Source: Leptolinea sp. UBA1437 (GTDB lineage Bacteria > Chloroflexota > Anaerolineae > Anaerolineales > Anaerolineaceae). Taken from it: a stretch of 34,513 bases of DNA. The stretch covers positions 43,520-78,032 of the forward strand of contig DCTP01000140.1 of NCBI GenBank assembly GCA_002329625.1, in the 5' to 3' direction. The translations under genes were made by a program, and so were the position numbers. The notes below the pieces were generated by a model. It did not search any database. It worked only from the letters and a program-made list of their open reading frames with translations, and had not been told where the DNA came from. Below, one piece after another: positions 27,779 through 34,513 of the stretch; the first letter of the stretch is position 1; the number at the start of each line of letters is the position of its first letter.

Positions 27779-29155
27779 TCAGGTGTTTTTCACTCGGACA
27801 ATGTACATACCGTCTTGCCAGGTGTCCAGATAAATGAAACCGCGATCATCGACTACACAATCCTCGGTCGTCGCCAACATCGGACCAGGGACCGGAATCT
27901 CATAGAGCAGCTTTTCGGGATTGGGCGGAATGAAATAGGCCAGTTCTTTGATATAGTACGGATCGGACACATCATATACACGCATCCCCGCGTGAAAATA
28001 GCAGCAATAAACGCGATCGGCGTTTTGATCCAACCATGGCTTTCCGCTCATCGGTTCGTGAATATTATGCGGGCCGAAGGGTCCCTGAGCTCCGTCCAAT
28101 CCCGCGGTATTGAAATTCCGATAAGGAAAGTTTTCCGGTACTTCCGGGTAGGGGAATTCCGCTATCAATTGCGGATCGGACGGATCGGAAATATCAATCA
28201 TATGAAGGTTGTTCATCGGTTGCGCACCTTTGCCGGGACCTTCAGACAGGATTTTTTTGTTGTAAAAGGGAAACCGCTCCCCTTCATTGGTTGCCACCAA
28301 GAAGCTTCTCCCCGGCAAAGGTAGGCAGGTGTGAGTGCGGGCTCCGGCATATTTCCCGGAAAAAGGTCCCTTCAGCTTTAATTGACCGATTTTCTTCGGA
28401 CGGGTGATGTCGGAAATATCCAAAATGATCAGTCCTTCACTATAATAGGAAAGGTAAGCCAGACTTCCGACCACAAAAGGCGGTCCGTGCATCTGCGGCC
28501 AATCCATAAATTCCCAATGTTGAGCGCCGTCGATCGGGTATTCACCTTCTCTTAGCCCGTCAGTAAATTGTTGAGGAACCCACCAGCGACCTACTTCCAC
28601 TGGATGAGTGGGGTCGATGATATCAAGAATTCGATAGATATTCCCGGTGAAACCCGGGCAATCCGCTGATAAATGAACATAGCGTCCACCGTTATACATA
28701 AACCGGTGAACCCCCATTCCGTCTTTTACGCCGGTGTCCCAAAAAGAAAGATGCTTAGGATGAACGGGGTCCTGCTGGATATCAAAAATCATCAGCCCGC
28801 TTTTGTTCTTATCTCCCGGTTTATTGCCATGAAGAAATGGAACACCGCCACCCAGCGCGCCAATCATCAACCCATCCGCTACCTGTATTTTCGGCGTATT
28901 GGTAGCGGGGAATTCTTTCGGGTCGCAGGCTTCCAACCAGTTAACGACTGTTGGATGTGTCGGATCTGTTACGTCGACAATGTTCCAGCCGGGACCGCGG
29001 AAAGATCCGCAATACATATAGTATTTTCCGTCCGCTGTTTTATTTAATGCCATCTGAAAAGCGTTTACTCCATTCAGATCACTGAATCCGACAACCTCCA
29101 TATTTTTGATATAACCTTCGTTGCCGGTGCTTTTCGCATAAAATGGTATCGCCAT
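27779..29155 (-). CDS. LVIVD-repeat beta-propeller protein, cytoplasmic, His-rich; putative metallo-hydrolase
   Basis: Repeated blade motifs (WNIVDVTDP, LMIFDIQQDP, ILDIIDP, LIILDISD, MIDISDP, RVYDVSDP). His motifs GVHR, MHGP, THT, GPHN. No signal peptide. Confidence 0.8.
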   Translation of the reverse strand: MAIPFYAKSTGNEGYIKNMEVVGFSDLNGVNAFQMALNKTADGKYYMYCGSFRGPGWNIVDVTDPTHPTVVNWLEACDPKEFPATNTPKIQVADGLMIGALGGGVPFLHGNKPGDKNKSGLMIFDIQQDPVHPKHLSFWDTGVKDGMGVHRFMYNGGRYVHLSADCPGFTGNIYRILDIIDPTHPVEVGRWWVPQQFTDGLREGEYPIDGAQHWEFMDWPQMHGPPFVVGSLAYLSYYSEGLIILDISDITRPKKIGQLKLKGPFSGKYAGARTHTCLPLPGRSFLVATNEGERFPFYNKKILSEGPGKGAQPMNNLHMIDISDPSDPQLIAEFPYPEVPENFPYRNFNTAGLDGAQGPFGPHNIHEPMSGKPWLDQNADRVYCCYFHAGMRVYDVSDPYYIKELAYFIPPNPEKLLYEIPVPGPMLATTEDCVVDDRGFIYLDTWQDGMYIVRVKNT

Positions 29156-29188
29156 TAAAAAACCTCTTCTACTTTCGAGTCTGAAAAA

Positions 29189-29665
29189 TCAATTCAATGC
29201 GGGCATGCTTTTGGGAGGCTTTACACAGAGTGCTGCCGTCAGCTTCATGCCGAATGCGAAAGTGATGAAAGCCACTACCAAAGCTACTGCATAAACAGCC
29301 GGGAAAGCTTTCAAACAGACGAGGAAGAAAACGGGTCCCAAAGAGAATCCGACCGCTAAAAATGTCATCACAACGGTCATAATCGCAGTCATGACAAATG
29401 TGATGGACGCGACCCGTAAAATATGGAAAAGGAGACCGTTCTCATTTTTAACGCCGCACTTTCGGGCAAAACTGTCCCCCATCGCTTTCAAATCGATATA
29501 GGTTGCGACAGTCAATGCCACGGTGAAGCCGGGAATAAAATCTTTACAAAATGCTTCCAAACCTAAAACGCCATTCTGCCATTCCATAAATAACGGAATA
29601 AAAATGGCAAACATCAGACAAAAGATGGTGTTGAACACCAAACCGAATTGATCTTTTCGAAACAT
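29189..29665 (-). CDS. Small 4-TM membrane protein (DUF2798-like, two internal halves)
   Basis: Four hydrophobic segments; FVMTAIMTVVMT...F...LKAF..V motif resembles DUF2798. Confidence 0.65.
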   Translation of the reverse strand: MFRKDQFGLVFNTIFCLMFAIFIPLFMEWQNGVLGLEAFCKDFIPGFTVALTVATYIDLKAMGDSFARKCGVKNENGLLFHILRVASITFVMTAIMTVVMTFLAVGFSLGPVFFLVCLKAFPAVYAVALVVAFITFAFGMKLTAALCVKPPKSMPALN

Positions 29666-29755
29666 ATTTTTCTCCGGATAAAAGAATCATTTCCTATTCT
29701 CTTGGATGAAAAATTCGCATATTAAAAACGATTGATCAGAGAACAGGAATCTTTT

Positions 29756-30595
29756 TCAACGCATGGTGATATACCCTCGATACTGTGTCAGATTGTCACT
29801 GGCGGGGATATCGGTCAGGAACATACCGGCAATATTGAATTGTGACTTGAAGAACGGGAATTGATCTTGCTGAGCCCAAAACGGCTTTTTCCAATCTTTG
29901 GTGCCGATGACGGCAGCTTGATACCATTCTTCCGGTCCGTCAAACCACATTTCCACCAACCGGTGAAAGGGACAACCCACGACATCCTGCATAATACGGC
30001 TGGAGAGGAAACGATTGACTTGCGGGCAGCTTTGGAAAAACGGGACGAATTCATTATGGAACCATTTTTCGCCTTCTTCAAAACCGAGATCGCTCGGGTA
30101 CTGAATAACGAATTGCCAGCGATAATTTGGTCCGTCGATGACCATGCGTCCTTTTCCTTTAAAGTCCTCTTCCCATGAAATGGGAACATGCGCAAAGACA
30201 AAAGGCTGACAACCGTTGTCTCCGCCGGCTGATCGACCCGCGTCTCCGTCGATATTCGTGTCAGGAGTTTCATCTGTATCCGGAACACATCCCTGCCACC
30301 GTAATACATTCAATGGCATATATTCGGAAACGGCTTTGTTGCGCATTTCCGGCACCATTTCATTAATCAGCCAATAATGCTCGGTCATTTGCATCCGGCG
30401 TGTTCCAAATCGCTCTCCCTCGGGAGGGACGGGTAAGGCGTTATAGAAAGCGTATTTTGTAACATAAGGACCAAAGACTGAAATGCTGTCTTCAATATGA
30501 TGACCATACAGCCAGTGTTGCAATCGATGGCGATATTCTTCGCGGCAGCAATCCACATAAATGATGCTGCGCATTGGTCGAAATTCGATAGCCAT
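29756..30595 (-). CDS. chi: Bacterial chalcone isomerase (Eubacterium ramulus CHI type; EthD/ferredoxin-like fold)
   Basis: Matches the recalled E. ramulus CHI end to end: PMRS.IYVDC, HI.DSIS.F.PYVTKYAFY, RMQ.TEH.W, KGKGR...DG.NYR, WAQQD.FPF, YRGYITMR. Catalytic His33 retained. Confidence 0.9.
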   Translation of the reverse strand: MAIEFRPMRSIIYVDCCREEYRHRLQHWLYGHHIEDSISVFGPYVTKYAFYNALPVPPEGERFGTRRMQMTEHYWLINEMVPEMRNKAVSEYMPLNVLRWQGCVPDTDETPDTNIDGDAGRSAGGDNGCQPFVFAHVPISWEEDFKGKGRMVIDGPNYRWQFVIQYPSDLGFEEGEKWFHNEFVPFFQSCPQVNRFLSSRIMQDVVGCPFHRLVEMWFDGPEEWYQAAVIGTKDWKKPFWAQQDQFPFFKSQFNIAGMFLTDIPASDNLTQYRGYITMR

Positions 30596-30613
30596 GGTAG
30601 AAAACCTTCTTTC

Positions 30614-31549
30614 TTATTTTCGTTCGGGAACCAGCGGAGTAATGAATTCCCGATATTTCTTTTGTCGGGCTTTCGCTTCCTCGGTTTGCATCGCGGCACG
30701 GGCTTTCGCTTCATTCCGCTGAATGTCGTCCCCGTGAAGGAATTTGCCGGATAAAGTATCATGGGCATGCTTCAACTGTTCTTCGGGAAAAGTGAATTTG
30801 TATTTTCCGTCAACCACTTCGATCTTACCTTCAATCCCACAAAGGCAGCAGATCGCTTTGCCGTCTTCATCCAGGAAAAAGTTTCGACTGTGGCAATGAG
30901 GACAAATTCCGTCGATTCCTTTATATTCTGCTTTGCTGTAATCTTTCGCAGCTTCGGCGATATTTCTTCCGATTTGAGTAGCCCGTTCCAGAGCGGCATC
31001 ATTCATAATGATATCCAAGCACCACGGGAAAATCTCATTATCAATGATCTTCCACATCGGAGTCAGAGCTTGCATCCCGAAATCACATTGGATCAAAGTG
31101 TTCCAATCGCTGCCGCCTACTCCCATGTACGAGACCACTTTATCTTCCATAAAACGCGGATCGATCGGAACTCCGCCGTTTTCTGAGGAAATCTTATTTC
31201 CGATGATCACATTTCCGCGATCCATCCGCGGTCCGAAACGATCGGTAATCGTATGGAACAGTCCGGTTGAGCCTTTTTCAAAAATAGGGATCGACCAGAC
31301 AATTCCGTCGGCGTCATAGATCTTATCCAGCAGCCAATTGAAATCATCTTTTAAGCTGCAAAGGCTTCCTTTACCGGAAAATAAAGCCATGACGCAGGAC
31401 TTACAACCGGTACAGTGCTTAATGTCCAACTTGTTCAGATTGATGAACTCGATTTCGGCTCCGACTTCTTGCGCTCCCATTAAAGCTTGTTTGCACATCG
31501 CATCATTGTTGCCGTTCGGAGTTCCTCCAGAAATACCCAATATTTTCAT
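30614..31549 (-). CDS. flr: Flavone/flavonol reductase (Flavonifractor plautii FLR type; FMN-dependent flavodoxin-like ene-reductase)
   Basis: Matches the recalled F. plautii FLR: MKILGISGG, HCTGC..C, PIFEKG.TGLFHTITDRFGPRMDRGN, GGSDW, ALTPMWK.IDNE.FPW, CPHCHSRNF, CCLCG, HAHDTLSGKF. Start 31549 (RBS GAGGGAG). Confidence 0.88.
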   Translation of the reverse strand: MKILGISGGTPNGNNDAMCKQALMGAQEVGAEIEFINLNKLDIKHCTGCKSCVMALFSGKGSLCSLKDDFNWLLDKIYDADGIVWSIPIFEKGSTGLFHTITDRFGPRMDRGNVIIGNKISSENGGVPIDPRFMEDKVVSYMGVGGSDWNTLIQCDFGMQALTPMWKIIDNEIFPWCLDIIMNDAALERATQIGRNIAEAAKDYSKAEYKGIDGICPHCHSRNFFLDEDGKAICCLCGIEGKIEVVDGKYKFTFPEEQLKHAHDTLSGKFLHGDDIQRNEAKARAAMQTEEAKARQKKYREFITPLVPERK

Positions 31550-31617
31550 AGTACTCCCTCCGGGATAAAGATAGTATTTGGTTTGCAACGGATTATTGAT
31601 TTTGCTTATCCAAATAT

Positions 31618-31646
31618 ATCTTATTCCGTTACGATGCTTCTGTAAA
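31618..31646 (-). promoter_or_regulatory. Sigma70 promoter of the flr-chi operon
   Basis: Minus strand TTTACA-N17-TAAGAT. Confidence 0.7.
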
Positions 31647-31683
31647 ATACCGGAAGTGAATCATGGCTATACACTTTTGTTAT
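31647..31683. promoter_or_regulatory. Two LysR-type boxes (ATAC-N7-GAAT at 31647-31661; ATAC-N7-TTAT at 31669-31683)
   Basis: T-N11-A motifs near the ATAC-N7-GTAT consensus, 22 bp apart; the proximal box abuts the -35. Confidence 0.7.
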
Positions 31684-31742
31684 GATGAAAAAAGGAATTG
31701 ACTTGATAAAAGGATCGACAAGCTGCTGAGGTAGAAAATCAT

Positions 31743-32645
31743 TTAAGATCCGTAGGATTCGCCTTCGGCCTGTGATCGAACGGTCTGTATCAGATGGGGC
31801 AATGCCGGGTTGGTATGATTGCTGTGCCACGTAAAGACCAAGTTGGAAAGGGGTACTCCCAAAAGCGGAATGAAAGCGACCTTCCCCTGTGCCAGATATT
31901 TCAGGTCTTCTGTTAAGGTGGAGATACCGACACCGCAGGCAACCAGCGTAATCAAAATCGGTATATGCGTCGCTTCTTCGACAATTTGTGGAGTGAAACC
32001 GGCTTCCGCCGCAATTCGCCAGATAAAATCATGGCCGGGAGTGGAATCGGTACGCGTCATAACGACAAACGGTTCGTCTTTCAATTCCGCCATCCGTAAA
32101 CTGTTGCGTTGTGCTAACGGATGATCGAGAGCGGTGATGACGCACTGGCGATTCCGGTGAAGAACAATCAACTCTTCGTTTTGTGCTGCAGCGGGGATTT
32201 GAAGATAATTCAGGATGGCGTCTACTTCCCCGAATTCAAAAGCGGCCAGCAAACCGGAATGGCTGTAGCCGCGCAGCGATAGTGCAATCTGCGGAAAATT
32301 ATTGTGGAATGTTCTAAAAAGCCGCGGCAAACAAGGTTCGAAATTATCGCGCAAGATCCCGAGTGTGAGCGAGCCGTTTAACCCTTTTTGTGCTAAATGC
32401 GCCGCGGAAACGCAGTTTCGATAACTTTCCAAAACTGCTGGACACTGGCTGAGAAATGCTTTGCCTGCCGGCGTAAGGGTGACACTGCGAGGTGTCCGTT
32501 CAAAAAGCTGTACTTTCAATTCTCTTTCAAGCGAAGAAATAATACGACTGAGGGCTGGTTGGGCGATAAATAATTCGGCGGCGGCTTGGGTGAAGTTCAG
32601 ACGCTGTGCGAGCACCATGAAGCATTCCAGTTGAAAAAACGTCAT
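31743..32645 (-). CDS. LysR family transcriptional regulator
   Basis: LNFTQAA.EL...QPALSR.I..LE.EL...LF.R..R.V.LT.AG HTH; C-terminal LVACGVGI. Confidence 0.95.
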   Translation of the reverse strand: MTFFQLECFMVLAQRLNFTQAAAELFIAQPALSRIISSLERELKVQLFERTPRSVTLTPAGKAFLSQCPAVLESYRNCVSAAHLAQKGLNGSLTLGILRDNFEPCLPRLFRTFHNNFPQIALSLRGYSHSGLLAAFEFGEVDAILNYLQIPAAAQNEELIVLHRNRQCVITALDHPLAQRNSLRMAELKDEPFVVMTRTDSTPGHDFIWRIAAEAGFTPQIVEEATHIPILITLVACGVGISTLTEDLKYLAQGKVAFIPLLGVPLSNLVFTWHSNHTNPALPHLIQTVRSQAEGESYGS

Positions 32646-32674
32646 GAGAATCCTCTTAAAATCGTTATTAAAGA

Positions 32675-32683
32675 ATTATAGCA
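32675..32683 (-). promoter_or_regulatory. Extended -10 promoter of lysR
   Basis: Minus strand TGcTATAAT ~30 nt upstream of ATG. Confidence 0.55.
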
Positions 32684-32760
32684 AATCCATTTAATCGATG
32701 TCGTTTTTCAACGGATCGGATTGATACCGAAATGAGAAGGGTCAATTCGATTTTATTTAA

Positions 32761-32789
32761 TTGAAGGAATTTTCGGGCTGCGGTAGAAT
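32761..32789 (+). promoter_or_regulatory. Sigma70 promoter of the serine hydrolase
   Basis: TTGAAG-N17-TAGAAT. Confidence 0.6.
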
Positions 32790-32810
32790 GTGATTGAAAA
32801 GAGGTTATTC

Positions 32811-34513
32811 ATGGGGAAAGATCAGTTTGCCGCCGTTGAATTGCTATGGGATATTCTGAACGAGAAAACAAAAGAAGTCAGTAAAGTGACATATTTTCCG
32901 CAAAAGCCGGATATGCCGCAGGATGCAAAGATCAATCAGCCGTTTCCGAGAGCGACACCCGAATCCCAGGGAGTTCCGTCTGAACGTCTCTCAGCAATGA
33001 TCGAAGAATTATCGCGTTATCCATGGCTGGATGTCCATCATGTATTGGTGATTCGAAATGGGAAAATGATTTGCGAGTGCAGCTTCAGCCCGTACCGGCC
33101 GAACATCTGGCACAGCAGCTATTCGTTATGCAAAAGTATTACCGGTTTGGCGATCGGGATGTTGTACGATAAGGGGAAGATTCATTTGGATACTCCGATT
33201 ACGGAATTCTTTAAAGATAAGGACCGGAGTCGGATGTCTTTTCGTCAGAAGAAAATCACCGTTGAAAATCTGTTGACCATGACCAGCGGAGTGGACTTCC
33301 ATGAAGCGGGGGCTTATACCGGAGACGATTGGGTGAAAGGCTACTTGGGTGCGTCGGTTCGGGAAATGCCCGGGGAGATTTTTGATTATAACAGCATGAA
33401 TTCCTACATGCTGTCCGCAATCGTCACCGCCGTTACCGGTCAATCTTTGATGGATTTTTTGACCCCTCGTTTATGGAAACCGCTGGGAATTACGAATGTT
33501 TTTTGGGAGACCTGTCCGCTGGGAATCACGAAAGGCGGATGGGGTCTTTTTATTTGTCCGGAAGATGCGGCGAAGATCGGCCAACTCATTTTACAAGGCG
33601 GGATCTGGAAACGGCGACGGATTATTTCGGAAGAGTGGCTCAAAACGGCTGCCGAGAAACATGTTGAAGTACCGCCGGAAAGCGGTTTAGGATACGGTTA
33701 TCATATGTGGATGGCAGATCGTCCCGGAAGTTCGGCTTTCAACGGAATGCTCGGACAGAACGTGTTAATTTATCCGGATATCAATATGGTTATTGTTACA
33801 AATGCCGGAAGTAACGAATTGTTTCAGCGCAGCACACTCATCGCTACGATCGAGAAATATTTGGGTACGGGCTTTGAGCCGGAAGATCAGTTACCCGAAA
33901 ACGCATCCGAATATAAGAAGCTGTTGCGAATTCAGGGTGCGCTTTCCGGTGAGGAAAATGATGCTTTCCTTCAGCAATTGAAAGGCTGGAGCGGAAAAAT
34001 CTTACGGCGGAGCAATAAACCGACCCCTTCCCGCTATGTTAAAAAGTTGGACGGGATGAGTTATGCATTTCAAAAGAAAAATATCGGAATTTTTCCTCTG
34101 CTTTTACAGGTGGTCCATAATAATTTTACGGAAGGAATCCAAACGCTTTCATTTCATTATCAGGAAGAAAAGTTTTGGATTTCCTTTGTGGAAGGAGCGG
34201 AGACGATTGACCTCCCCGTGGGGTTTGAAGAGCCGGCGAGATCCACTGTCAAAATTCACGGAGAAGGATATTTGGTAGCTACCGCCGGTGAATTTGCTTT
34301 TAATGAAGATGATGTTCTGGTCCTAAAACTGGATATCGCCTTTTTAGAAGAGGCAGTACGGCGAAAAATAAAGATTTATTTTTTGGAAGATTCCATTGAA
34401 ATGAAATGGGATGAAGTACCCGGAGCGCGATTGATTCTGAAGGGAGTTCAATATATTCTGACGGATGTCTCTGATCATTTTTTGATTCATACAGTCAGCC
34501 GTCGGATAAATCA
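32811..34513 (+). CDS. Serine hydrolase, beta-lactamase class C / NylB-like family; runs off the window end
   Basis: Not in the ORF track because there is no stop in the window. Read from ATG 32811 (RBS GAGG): MGKDQF...RATPESQGV...YSLCKS (SxxK), LLTMTSG, FDYNS (Y motif), YGY, G.LGQ. Confidence 0.88.
   Translation, partial: MGKDQFAAVELLWDILNEKTKEVSKVTYFPQKPDMPQDAKINQPFPRATPESQGVPSERLSAMIEELSRYPWLDVHHVLVIRNGKMICECSFSPYRPNIWHSSYSLCKSITGLAIGMLYDKGKIHLDTPITEFFKDKDRSRMSFRQKKITVENLLTMTSGVDFHEAGAYTGDDWVKGYLGASVREMPGEIFDYNSMNSYMLSAIVTAVTGQSLMDFLTPRLWKPLGITNVFWETCPLGITKGGWGLFICPEDAAKIGQLILQGGIWKRRRIISEEWLKTAAEKHVEVPPESGLGYGYHMWMADRPGSSAFNGMLGQNVLIYPDINMVIVTNAGSNELFQRSTLIATIEKYLGTGFEPEDQLPENASEYKKLLRIQGALSGEENDAFLQQLKGWSGKILRRSNKPTPSRYVKKLDGMSYAFQKKNIGIFPLLLQVVHNNFTEGIQTLSFHYQEEKFWISFVEGAETIDLPVGFEEPARSTVKIHGEGYLVATAGEFAFNEDDVLVLKLDIAFLEEAVRRKIKIYFLEDSIEMKWDEVPGARLILKGVQYILTDVSDHFLIHTVSRRIN

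Noticed and set aside
32811-34513. Antibiotic-resistance beta-lactamase
   Set aside because: No signal peptide, too large, and motifs fit the broader cytoplasmic esterase/amidase group

Overview
Bacterial chromosomal window, most likely from an anaerobic Chloroflexota (Anaerolineae, Flexilinea-like). This is inferred from the MetK N-terminus and gene complement, not from a search. The first ~22.4 kb is mostly housekeeping: a partial GT4 glycosyltransferase, a DUF951-tsaE-tsaB-rimI-udg operon divergent from S2P protease-TyrA-like-GIY-YIG-era, a YitT protein, dppA, a CDF transporter, dtd, uvrC, a LUD protein and SAM-I riboswitch-metK. It also holds an unusual MacB/YknYZ-type ABC exporter flanked by four periplasmic adaptor genes (A-B-ATPase-permease-A'-B') behind an ECF-sigma-like promoter. 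The standout is an accessory block at ~22.45-32.65 kb. It has a LysR-controlled operon of flavone/flavonol reductase (FLR), bacterial chalcone isomerase (CHI), a 4-TM protein and a His-rich LVIVD beta-propeller, next to a GntR-controlled iorA-iorB-ptb-buk operon. Together these could form a redox-balanced, ATP-yielding flavonol (quercetin-type) degradation route via auronol and arylpyruvate to arylacetate. The LVIVD protein is the candidate for the auronol C-C hydrolase step, for which I know no assigned enzyme. The window ends in a partial serine hydrolase. No tRNA, rRNA, CRISPR or IS element was seen.
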